This document shows positions 21,705-33,594 of a stretch of 64,000 bases of DNA, in pieces. The notes beneath the pieces were generated by a model, which saw only the letters and a list, made by a program, of their open reading frames with translations, had not been told where the DNA came from and did not search any database. The DNA comes from an uncultured bacterium (GTDB lineage: Bacteria > Lernaellota > Lernaellaia > JACKCT01): assembly GCA_964586775.1 (NCBI GenBank), contig CAZPJD010000184.1, positions 69,987-133,986 on the forward strand, given 5' to 3'. Numbering within the stretch: the stretch's first letter is position 1; every line of letters starts with the position of its first letter. The position numbers and the translations under genes were made by a program.

Positions 21705-22676
21705 CTAATTTGAGACGTGCCCTTGCGGAATCAACAGATCGCGCTCGATCGCGTCCCGTACGAGACGCGCGATCATGGCGTACCCTTTTTCGTTCGGATG
21801 CCAATCGTCGATGACGACGAAAGGACGGACATCGGCCCGCCTCGCGCCGGGGATTCCGAAGTCGCGCACATCCACGAACCTCGCGTTACCCTCGTCCCGA
21901 ATTTTCTCGAACGCGCGGTCCACCCACGGCGTGGTGTGATCCCAGTAATTGACCAGATAGATCCGAGAAGACGCGCCGAGTTCCTTCCGAAGCGCCGCGA
22001 CATCCCGCGATATCCACTCCACAACGAGCGCTTGCTCGGCCTCGCCACGAACATCCAATACCTGATCGTACGCCAGGTCGACCTGCTCGACATCGCGCCC
22101 GGCCAATTGCTCAAGCCTCCGCGACGTCACGGTTCCGAAACGAAAGGCGCGACTGTTCCGTGCCAGGTATCGAACCCAGATCGTCGGAGGCATTCCTCGA
22201 ACTTCGTCGGGAAGCACGCGCGCATCGGCAAAATTGTGCGGGTTGTTTTTCCCCGCGTTGAACACGACGTGACTCGGCACTTGGCCGGATTGGCGCACGA
22301 AGGCGAGCGCCGCGTCGGCCGCTTGGCTCGAGTTGCTCCCGGCTATTCCCGCGTTGATCACGCGCACCGGATTCGCGGGACTTCCGGCATCGAACAGCGC
22401 CTGCAACTGCGCGGGGTAATCCTCGCCGCGAGGCGCTCCAATACCTTCGGTGTGGCTGTCGCCGACGCAGAGGATCAAGAGTTCGGTTTCGCCTTGGGTT
22501 CGTGACGCTCGCGACGTCCCGGGCGCGCGCGACGTCCCGGGAGTGCGTTCAATCGCCCGCCAAGCGCCGAAAATCCGCAGCCCGATTTCAAGTGTGACGA
22601 CGAGCGCCAGCATCGCGATCACGAAAGCCGCGATCGCGAATGCGACGGTCTTGGTGCGCGAACGTGCGCGATTCAT
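21705..22676 (-). CDS. membrane-anchored SGNH/GDSL-family hydrolase
   Basis: An N-terminal TM helix and the GDSHTEG block I (GDSxT). The 18-nt tandem duplication below encodes TSRAPG/TSRASR. 323 aa. Confidence 0.75.
   Translation of the reverse strand: MNRARSRTKTVAFAIAAFVIAMLALVVTLEIGLRIFGAWRAIERTPGTSRAPGTSRASRTQGETELLILCVGDSHTEGIGAPRGEDYPAQLQALFDAGSPANPVRVINAGIAGSNSSQAADAALAFVRQSGQVPSHVVFNAGKNNPHNFADARVLPDEVRGMPPTIWVRYLARNSRAFRFGTVTSRRLEQLAGRDVEQVDLAYDQVLDVRGEAEQALVVEWISRDVAALRKELGASSRIYLVNYWDHTTPWVDRAFEKIRDEGNARFVDVRDFGIPGARRADVRPFVVIDDWHPNEKGYAMIARLVRDAIERDLLIPQGHVSN
22510..22545. repeat. 18-nt tandem direct repeat (cgcgacgtcccgggcgcg / cgcgacgtcccgggagtg) inside the SGNH gene
   Basis: Two adjacent near-identical 18-mers encode the duplicated peptide GTSRAP/GTSRAS. 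Confidence 0.6.
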
Positions 22677-22718
22677 GATTCGGCGATCAATTCGGGTTCG
22701 ATACCTCGGCCCGCCCGC

Positions 22719-23150
22719 CTACGCCATCAGATCCTTCAGACGCACGTGCGCGAACTTGTGCTTTTCCAGCACGTCCTTCGTCTCTTTTTCCTGCCGTGGC
22801 GGAACGCGCAGAACGATGACGGGATCGGCGCTGTTCTTCTGCTGCATCACATAGATGTAGCGGATGTTGATCTTCGCCTTGGCGAGCGTCGAGACGATGT
22901 TGTGCAGCGCGCCGGGGGCATGCGCCAGACGCACCGTGAAGACCTTGGACACGCTGACGGTCAGGTTCTTTTCCTCCAGCGCGTTCTTCGCGATCTCGGG
23001 AGCATCGACGATGAACCGCGCGATGCTGACGGACTGCACCTCGTCGATCGTCAGGCCGAGGATGTTGACGTCGGCGTCCTTGAGCAGTTGCAGAATGCGG
23101 GCGAGTTCGCCCGAACGATCGGGCACGTAAATCGAGAGTTCATCGACCAT
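22719..23150 (-). CDS. tandem ACT-domain protein (143 aa)
   Basis: The start MVDELSIYVPDRSGELARILQ and a second ACT-like unit VRLAHAPGALHNIVSTLAKAKINI. The 42-codon upstream extension of the track ORF is Arg-rich and was discarded. Confidence 0.65.
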   Translation of the reverse strand: MVDELSIYVPDRSGELARILQLLKDADVNILGLTIDEVQSVSIARFIVDAPEIAKNALEEKNLTVSVSKVFTVRLAHAPGALHNIVSTLAKAKINIRYIYVMQQKNSADPVIVLRVPPRQEKETKDVLEKHKFAHVRLKDLMA

Positions 23151-23265
23151 GGGCACGTCCTCCTCAAGTGAAAGTCCACTTCTGGCCCATCGGCGCGCTC
23201 TGAGCAAGCCCCGGCTGCTCGGGCCGTTTGACACGGCGACGAGCCGCCGGTAGGATTTTTCGCAC

Positions 23266-24261
23266 ATGCCGAGCAAGCTCTTTCGTTGTTATTTTGCGAA
23301 CGCGGTCCTCGCGGCGCTCGCCCTTTGGATCGCGGGCTGCAAGCCCCCGCCCGTCGAGCTGACCCCCGGTCGCTTCGAGATCGTCGAGCCCGCCCGCGAC
23401 CGCGCCGCCGTGGATGGCCTGTGGCTCATCAAGACCGGCGAGGCGACGACCCCCGACGGCCACCTGCACGAGGGCGGGACCAAGGACCCGGTCACGATTC
23501 CCTTCCTGTGCGCGCTGATCCGGCACGGCGACGACATCGTGCTCGTCGACACGGGCCTGAACCACCACTTCGCGTTTCGGCCACAGGAGTATCTGGGCGG
23601 TTTGGTGAAGTTCATCGCCGAGCGCGGATACGAACTGCCCAAGATGGCCGAGGGCCAAGACGTGATCGCTCAGCTCGCACGAATGGCCATCACGCCCGAC
23701 ATGATCCGCCACATCGTCCTCACGCACGCCCATTTCGATCATACGGGCGAGCTTCGGGCCTTTCCCAACGCGCGGGTCTGGGTCGGCAAAGGCGAAAAAG
23801 AATACCTCGAGCGCGCCTTCGGGGTGTCGCGCGGGGTGATGCGCGACGATTTCGAGGGCGTCCGCATACGGGAACTCGATTTCACGAAATCGCCGAAGGT
23901 TCTGGCCTTTGCGGGGTCGCGCGACCTGCTCGGCGACGGGTCGATCCTCGTCATCCCGACGCCGGGGCACACGCCCGGTGCGGTTTCGGTGCTCGTCAAG
24001 ACCAAGGCGGGCGATGTCCTGCTGGTCGGCGACGCCGCATACACCAACACCAACATCGACAAGCCGGTCCCGATCGGCCTTGCCACGATCCCCGAGCAGG
24101 CGGCGGACACGCTGACGCGGCTCCACGACCTGCGCAAGGGCCGCCCGGAGCTGCGGATCGTCCCCGCGCACGACCCGAACATCTGGCCGGCGGGACGCGT
24201 CGATCCATGGCCACTGCACGAACCCGCTCAGGACACGTCCTCGGGGAAATCGGGGTCTTAG
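23266..24261 (+). CDS. MBL-fold metallo-hydrolase lipoprotein (AHL-lactonase-like)
   Basis: Lipobox LWIAGC, a zinc-binding HAHFDHTG (HxHxDH) motif, and downstream His/Asp ligands (TPGHTPG). 331 aa. Confidence 0.85.
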   Translation: MPSKLFRCYFANAVLAALALWIAGCKPPPVELTPGRFEIVEPARDRAAVDGLWLIKTGEATTPDGHLHEGGTKDPVTIPFLCALIRHGDDIVLVDTGLNHHFAFRPQEYLGGLVKFIAERGYELPKMAEGQDVIAQLARMAITPDMIRHIVLTHAHFDHTGELRAFPNARVWVGKGEKEYLERAFGVSRGVMRDDFEGVRIRELDFTKSPKVLAFAGSRDLLGDGSILVIPTPGHTPGAVSVLVKTKAGDVLLVGDAAYTNTNIDKPVPIGLATIPEQAADTLTRLHDLRKGRPELRIVPAHDPNIWPAGRVDPWPLHEPAQDTSSGKSGS

Positions 24262-24430
24262 GCGATTTCCCCGCGAGTATTCCGGCGTTCGCCTCCCGGT
24301 CGGCACCCTCGGGCGGGAGTCGGATTCTTTTGACATCGCACCCGATTTCCGGTATGAATTGCGCCAATCGATATGGGAGTGAAGCGGGAGGCAACCGCTG
24401 AACCTTTTTTGACCACGGGAGGACTACCTG

Positions 24431-25819
24431 ATGCGAAAACGGACTGCGTTCGCGATGATCGCGCTCGCCATGACGATGCTTGTGGGCGCCGGCTGCGACG
24501 AAGCGGCCGAAGAGGCGCTCGAAGCGGCCACCGGTTTGGACTTCGTCCTGAACGAGGACGATGCGGACGTGACGTCCCCCGATGGGTGGGTGTTCCTGTT
24601 CGGCGTCGTTCTCGATGAGGAACAGTCCAAGCTGATCGACCAGGAATTCGAGGTTCCGCTGGACGTGCTCGAGAGCGTCGTCGACCTCGACGGCATCGAG
24701 TACATGCTCGCGTTCGCCAAGAAAGAGGCGCTCGAGGGCTACGGCAACCGGCTGCGTTACGCGAACAAGTTGAAGGTCGAGGACAAAAAGCTCGTGCTCG
24801 ACACCGCCGCCGTCGAGGCGCTCGGCCCGTCGATCGGCTCCTCGGGCGAGGGTCTGTATATCGCGTACTTCGCCGAAGCCCAGAACGGCTACATCAACGG
24901 CACCGTGACGAGCTGCGACGGCTCGGTGAAGTCGGGCATTCTGGCCACCGCGTCGGACGGCCCGTTCTTCACGTACAGCGCGGATGACGGCTCGTGGGCC
25001 CTGCCCTCGCTGTCCGGCGTGCCCGCTCAGATCAACTTCACCGACGGCGATTGCTCCGGTTCCACCTCGCAGCCCTCGACCGAGGACGGCGAAGAGAACC
25101 CGAAGGATCCCGAAGAGACGCCCCCGATCGACGAACTCCCCGACGGCACCGATTCGACCGATGCCGGCGACACCGAACTTCCGCCCGACGGCAGCGGCAG
25201 CGGCACCACCGACGGCGACTGCGTCGCCCTCGACACCGGCTGGTCGGCGACCGGCGAGTGCGTGGCGTTCGGCGTGAGCAGCGAAGAGTACGACGCCCTG
25301 TTCCCCGATGGCGACGGCGCGGATTACCTCTACGCCACCAGCAGCGGCAACCAGACGCCGAGCTGCACCCTGTCCACCACCGTGGCGGTGCCCGAAGGCG
25401 CGACGAAGATCAAGGCCACCTACAACTTCCTGTCGCAGGAATGGGAAGAGTGGGCCGGCAGCGCGTACAACGACATCTTCACGCTCATCGTGCAGGGCGC
25501 GCCCGACTACCTCGTCAACCGCACCGTGAACAACACGGCCTCCGCGGGCGACTGGGAAGACATCAGCATGGCGATCCTCGGCATCGATGGCTCCGCCGAC
25601 GCCGGCTACAACGGCACGGGCGCGGTCTATGACGGCCAGCTCATGAACGCCGGCGGCGAAGGCGTGCGCGGCGAGCCCGAGGACGACAACGTCGGCAAGT
25701 TCGCGACCGTGAATCTGCCCGCCGACATGACGACGATCACGGTGCTCTTCACCGTGTCCGACGTCGGCGACGCGATCTACGACTCCGCGGGCCTCGTCGA
25801 TTCGCTCTGCTTCGAATAA
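24431..25819 (+). CDS. acidic secreted lipoprotein of unknown function (462 aa)
   Basis: Lipobox LVGAGC. The C-terminal half has a Gly/Asp/Thr-rich linker and a conserved-looking module NFLSQEWEEWAGSAYNDIFTL. Confidence 0.65.
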   Translation: MRKRTAFAMIALAMTMLVGAGCDEAAEEALEAATGLDFVLNEDDADVTSPDGWVFLFGVVLDEEQSKLIDQEFEVPLDVLESVVDLDGIEYMLAFAKKEALEGYGNRLRYANKLKVEDKKLVLDTAAVEALGPSIGSSGEGLYIAYFAEAQNGYINGTVTSCDGSVKSGILATASDGPFFTYSADDGSWALPSLSGVPAQINFTDGDCSGSTSQPSTEDGEENPKDPEETPPIDELPDGTDSTDAGDTELPPDGSGSGTTDGDCVALDTGWSATGECVAFGVSSEEYDALFPDGDGADYLYATSSGNQTPSCTLSTTVAVPEGATKIKATYNFLSQEWEEWAGSAYNDIFTLIVQGAPDYLVNRTVNNTASAGDWEDISMAILGIDGSADAGYNGTGAVYDGQLMNAGGEGVRGEPEDDNVGKFATVNLPADMTTITVLFTVSDVGDAIYDSAGLVDSLCFE

Positions 25820-25886
25820 TCCGGAAGTCTTCACGACGAACGGCGCGGCTTTGGCCGCGCCGTTTTTCTTTGCGCGAGTCGCCTGG

Positions 25887-26600
25887 TTATAGACGCCGGC
25901 TGAGGTCCTCACGCTGGCGGGCGAGCATGTATTGGGCGAGGGCCGTCTTCGCCCCGGCCGAGAACGTCTGAAACCGAATCCCGACCTCGAAGAAATTCTC
26001 CGATCCCGCGCCGATGCGACGCACCTCACCCGTGAGGCGGATGACGCCGAGGCTCCCCAGACGCAGTTCGATGTTTCCGATGGGCTCGCCCAATCGATGC
26101 TTCGGCTCGCCGCGAAAGACGATGCAGATTCCCGACAGGCTGATGTTGAAAACGATCAGCGCGGCGGCTTCTTTTCCCCTCCGATCGCCGTAGGAGATCA
26201 CCTGAATGGGATTCTGGATCGACGGCGCGATGCGATAGCTGTCTCGCCGCTGGATGCGGTCGATGCGCGCCGGGCGGGTGATGAAGACCTCGCCGCGCTC
26301 CACATCCACCCACTCCCCGATGGCCGACTCGAACTCGTAGAAGGCGTCTTGCCAGACCAACCGGATCAGGATCGAGCCGCGAAGCGCAATCAGGTCCTTG
26401 GCGAGCTCGATCTCCTGGGGAAATACGAGGATGCCTTCGGGGCCGAGCTTCATGAGACGCACGAGCGTGAAATCGCGACGACCGCCCGACGACAACTCCG
26501 CCCGGGCGCGCTCGGCGACCATCTCCTCGAGCGTCCGCTCGAGGGCCTCGCCTTCGAAGTACGCGGTGTTCACGCGGTCATCTCCGGCGTTTGACGCCAT
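25887..26600 (-). CDS. PilZ-domain c-di-GMP receptor protein (YcgR-like two-domain)
   Basis: PilZ motifs RIDRIQRRDSYRI (RxxxR) and NISLSGICIV (D/NxSxxG). 237 aa. Confidence 0.8.
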   Translation of the reverse strand: MASNAGDDRVNTAYFEGEALERTLEEMVAERARAELSSGGRRDFTLVRLMKLGPEGILVFPQEIELAKDLIALRGSILIRLVWQDAFYEFESAIGEWVDVERGEVFITRPARIDRIQRRDSYRIAPSIQNPIQVISYGDRRGKEAAALIVFNISLSGICIVFRGEPKHRLGEPIGNIELRLGSLGVIRLTGEVRRIGAGSENFFEVGIRFQTFSAGAKTALAQYMLARQREDLSRRL

Positions 26601-26746
26601 GCGAAGGCAACACCAAACTCGAAGACGTCGATTCGCGCCATGATTCTTCTATCGGATCGTTGTTCCGATTCGATGAACGCGAATTTGGGGCGCGGTGACG
26701 CGCCGACGCATCAGCGACGCGGCCCGAGCCCGGATTCGCAAGATTC

Positions 26747-27766
26747 TCACGAAAAATCCAGCACTTCGACGGTTTCCTGCGCCACGCCGACCGTCACGGA
26801 GCGAACTTGCCCTTCGGGGTCGCCGCCGAGCTGGAACGGGATGTCGTGATCGCTCTCGATTCGGACCCGCGTCAGAAGGTAATCGCGGACACCCGGATGG
26901 CGAATGGTGCCCGTCCAGACCTGCGGCACGCGGGCAATCAGACCGGGGATCGACGTGGACACGAGGCGAAGCTGCAGGTATCCGGGCGGCATCGTCCCCG
27001 CGAACGGAAAGACCTTGAGATTAAAACCGTAGTTCATGGTCGTAGCGAATCCAACGAACCTGAGCGGCCCCTCGAAGATCAGATCGCCGCGCCGCAGTCC
27101 GAGCCGCGTCGGCTGCTCGCCGATCGCGGCCTGAAAAACCGGGTCGTCGGAGTCGTTATAAACGCGCACGTTCCATTGGGACCCGTGCCGGAAAAAGTAC
27201 GGGATCGACACGAACACGATGGCGTAGATGTAGCCCCACATACTGTTGGCGAATTTCCAGCGCCATCCCTCGTGGTGCCGGTTTTTCAGCGTGATGTAGT
27301 CGTTCAGCACCGCGGCGTCGATGCCGAGACCGCCCATGTGCGCGAGGCGGTCGCCGACCTGCAGCATGGAAAAGCGCGTAAAGCGCGATGGCGCGCCGCG
27401 CTTGAGCCGGTCGATCGGGTCCGTCTTGGGCGGCACCTTGAGCTGCCCCGCCCAGCCGTTTCCCGTGCCGAGCTTGAGCAGGCCGATGCGCGGCATGACC
27501 GCCTCGCGGCCGTCGGCGATCCGGCGTTTCACGTGGCGAAACATCTGCTCGATGATGCGCATGGCGGTGCCGTCGCCACCGCCGCAGAACACAAGCGGGT
27601 ATTTTTTTTCGATGATCTCTTCGAGGCAGGCGTCGGACTGCTCGACGGTCTGCGTGACGAACAGGTCCTCGTCCGGCACGTGGCGCGCGACCATCTCGAT
27701 CGTGTGCGCCTTCACCTTGCGCGCCCTGTTGTTCATCACGACCGCGAATCGCTGCGCCTGGTCCAT
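26747..27766 (-). CDS. DAGK_cat-family lipid kinase (YegS/diacylglycerol kinase-like)
   Basis: The start MDQAQRFAVVMNNRA and the catalytic motif FCGGGDGTAM (GGDGT). About 340 aa. It is co-directional with nadE and the NDT-like gene, 8 nt downstream of the latter. Confidence 0.75.
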   Translation of the reverse strand: MDQAQRFAVVMNNRARKVKAHTIEMVARHVPDEDLFVTQTVEQSDACLEEIIEKKYPLVFCGGGDGTAMRIIEQMFRHVKRRIADGREAVMPRIGLLKLGTGNGWAGQLKVPPKTDPIDRLKRGAPSRFTRFSMLQVGDRLAHMGGLGIDAAVLNDYITLKNRHHEGWRWKFANSMWGYIYAIVFVSIPYFFRHGSQWNVRVYNDSDDPVFQAAIGEQPTRLGLRRGDLIFEGPLRFVGFATTMNYGFNLKVFPFAGTMPPGYLQLRLVSTSIPGLIARVPQVWTGTIRHPGVRDYLLTRVRIESDHDIPFQLGGDPEGQVRSVTVGVAQETVEVLDFS

Positions 27767-27773
27767 CGCGCCC

Positions 27774-28244
27774 TCACTCGACCGAAGCGAGATTTCCGGC
27801 TGATTTTTGGACAATAGCTTCCAGACGGTCTTCCGACAACCATGCGTCGAATTCTTCGACATCGCGGAACACCGCCGCCGAGAAAAGCCGCACGACCCAG
27901 TTGTGCGTCATCGGGGTGATCGCGATCACCGGCACGCCCGCGCGCGCGCACTCCCACATCTCGATGGCGGTCCCCATGCTGGCCGTCGGCAGCACCGCGA
28001 TGAGGAATCGGCAGCGCGTGGCGAGATCGATGTGGTGGTGAAACACGCGGTGCGCGTCGGCGTCGTCGTACGCCGGGCTCTCGCGATGATGATCGACGGG
28101 GCAATAGATCGTCCGCGACGGCGTCCTGCGCGCCACGATGTCCTTGATGCGCGCGCGGTAGTCCTGCGTCTCGACATCGCGATCGATTCGCGAACCCTGG
28201 ATGACCCCCGCGAGAAAGAAGTCGTACGCCGGGCCGGTCGTCAC
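27774..28244 (-). CDS. nucleoside 2-deoxyribosyltransferase-like (Rcl/DNPH1/LOG-fold) protein, 156 aa
   Basis: GTG start overlapping the nadE TGA (GAGTGACG, i.e. GTGA coupling). The N-terminal YDFFLAG motif and the Gly/Thr/Glu motif SMGTAIEMWECARAGVPVIAI match the PF05014-type fold. Confidence 0.55.
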   Translation of the reverse strand: MTTGPAYDFFLAGVIQGSRIDRDVETQDYRARIKDIVARRTPSRTIYCPVDHHRESPAYDDADAHRVFHHHIDLATRCRFLIAVLPTASMGTAIEMWECARAGVPVIAITPMTHNWVVRLFSAAVFRDVEEFDAWLSEDRLEAIVQKSAGNLASVE

Positions 28245-30001
28245 TCGCCGCCGTCCCGTTCGCCCGACTCGAAGCGGCCGAAGCCCTCGGTGATGGGCAG
28301 GCGGCGGTCCTTGCCGAAGGCGAGCGGCGTGATCTTCACGCCGGGCGCGGCCTGACGGCGCTTGTACTCGCTGCGCCCGACCTGACGGATCACCCACGAC
28401 GCCGTCTCGCGATCGGCTCCGCGCTCCACCATCTGCGCGAGGGACAGTTCTTCCTCGACGTACATCTCGAGGATGTCGTCGAGCACCGCGTATTCGGGCA
28501 GCGAGTCCGAGTCCTTCTGGTTCTCGCGCAGCTCCGCCGTCGGGGCCTTCGTCAGGATTCGCGCGGGGATGAGGTCCGATTCCGCCAGCTCGTTGACGCG
28601 GCGACACAGGTCGTACACGCGGGTCTTCGACACGTCCTTGATGGGCGCGAACGCCCCGCACATGTCGCCGTAGAGCGTCGCATATCCCACGCTCATCTCG
28701 CTCTTGTTGCCGGTCGCGAGCACGAGGTGGCCGAACTGATTTGAGAGCGCCATCAGCAGCACGCCGCGGATGCGCGCCTGAATGTTCTCCTCGGTGGTAT
28801 TCGGCGGGCGGTCGCCCATCACCGGGCGAAGCGCGTCGCCGAAGGCGCCAAACGCATCCTCGATCGGAATCGTCGTCAGCCTGAAGCCGAGCTCGGCTGC
28901 GAGGGCCTGCGAATCCTCGAGCGAATCGTCCGACGAAAAACGGCTCGGCATGAAGACGCCCCAGACGTTCTCGGGGCCGAGCGCACGGCACGCGATGGCC
29001 GCCACGAGGGCCGAGTCGATGCCACCCGAGATGCCGACGAGCACGCCGGTGAAGCCGTTCTTGCGCACGTAATCGCCCACGCCCGTGGTGAGCGCGCGCA
29101 GCAAAAGGTCGGTGGTGTCGGGAATCGCCTCGACGACAGGCTCCACCGGGTTCGACGGCCGCGTGCCGACCACGGGAACCGGCGTGACGCGCACGGGTGC
29201 GGCATGCGCCCGTCGCGCGGGGGAGGCGTCGCGATGGCGCGGGTCGCGAAGGCGTCCGTGGCTGGCGCGTTCCAGATCGAGGTCCGTGATGAGCAACTGC
29301 TCCTCGAATGCCGCCGCGCGCGCCACGACGTTTCCCTCGACGTCGATCACGCACGACACGCCGTCGAAGACCAGCTCGTCCTGCCCGCCGACGAGGTTGC
29401 AAAAGATGACGAAGACGCCGTTGTCCACCGCGCGCTGCCGCAGCATGCGCTCGCGCTGCTCCGTCTTGCGCGCGTGAAACGGCGATGCGGAAATGTTGAG
29501 GATCGCGCTCGCACGGCCCGTGACCGCGGCGTCGACGTAGGGGCCGTCGGTCACCCAAATGTCTTCGCAGATGGTCAGCCCGAAGCCTTCGCCTCGCAGC
29601 GTGATGACGTCCGCCGACTCCCCCGCATGAAAGTAACGGCGCTCGTCGAAGACGCCGTAGTTGGGAAGGTGGACTTTTTTGTAGACGAGCCCGACCTCGC
29701 CATCGGCGCAGACCGCCGCCGCGTTGTACACGTCCTGATCGAAAACCGGCGTACCCACGATGGCGACGATGCCGCGGGCTTCGGCGGCGATGTCGGCCAG
29801 AGCACGCTCGCACATCTCGACGAAGTGCGGCTTGAGCAGCAGATCCTCGGGCGGGTATCCGGCGATGGCGAGTTCGGGAAACAGCACCAGATCCGCGCCG
29901 GCGTCGCGCGCACGCGACAGGCCATCGAGAATCCGATCGCGATTCTCCGAAACGGCGCCCACCACCGGATTGATCTGCGCGCAGGCGATCCGCACGGTCA
30001 T
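28241..30001 (-). CDS. nadE: glutamine-dependent NAD+ synthetase (N-terminal CN-hydrolase domain plus NadE domain)
   Basis: Nitrilase-type N-terminus (MTVRIACAQINPVVG...FPELAIAGYP...CEDIW) and the C-terminal PP-loop GISGGIDSALVAA. 586 aa. Confidence 0.9.
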   Translation of the reverse strand: MTVRIACAQINPVVGAVSENRDRILDGLSRARDAGADLVLFPELAIAGYPPEDLLLKPHFVEMCERALADIAAEARGIVAIVGTPVFDQDVYNAAAVCADGEVGLVYKKVHLPNYGVFDERRYFHAGESADVITLRGEGFGLTICEDIWVTDGPYVDAAVTGRASAILNISASPFHARKTEQRERMLRQRAVDNGVFVIFCNLVGGQDELVFDGVSCVIDVEGNVVARAAAFEEQLLITDLDLERASHGRLRDPRHRDASPARRAHAAPVRVTPVPVVGTRPSNPVEPVVEAIPDTTDLLLRALTTGVGDYVRKNGFTGVLVGISGGIDSALVAAIACRALGPENVWGVFMPSRFSSDDSLEDSQALAAELGFRLTTIPIEDAFGAFGDALRPVMGDRPPNTTEENIQARIRGVLLMALSNQFGHLVLATGNKSEMSVGYATLYGDMCGAFAPIKDVSKTRVYDLCRRVNELAESDLIPARILTKAPTAELRENQKDSDSLPEYAVLDDILEMYVEEELSLAQMVERGADRETASWVIRQVGRSEYKRRQAAPGVKITPLAFGKDRRLPITEGFGRFESGERDGGE

Positions 30002-30019
30002 GCCCGGCCCCCTCGCCGA

Positions 30020-33280
<3,261 letters not shown>

Positions 33281-33594
33281 GTCGGGGCGGGCTCTCCCTC
33301 GTGACTTTGGATTTCGTCTCGCGGATGCGCCGGTGCCCGCCGTCGGTTCAGGGGAACCGGCGCGACGGGCTGGGATGTCGGAAAACGACACGGCGCCGAA
33401 CCGCGGGCGCGAACTTTACCAGCAACGTCGCCGGGGAACAAGCGAGACGCGCCCGGTCGTTTGGCGGCCGCGATCGGCGACGAAACTGAGGAAATCGGTC
33501 GAATTTTCGGGGGTTTCGCCAATTTTCGGCTATTTTCCAAAACCGATGTTGTGGTAGCATTTGGTCGCGTTTTTTCGCGCGGATGGAGTCCCTC

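Noticed and set aside
22677-22720. tRNA-like T-loop sequence GGGTTCGATACC
   Set aside because: The flanks do not form a complementary T-stem or an acceptor stem, and the region is only a 42-nt intergenic spacer.
23996-26029. 677-aa ORF on the - strand
   Set aside because: It is antisense to the well-supported MBL hydrolase and lipoprotein genes. Its composition is Arg/Gly/Ala-rich and it has no start context.
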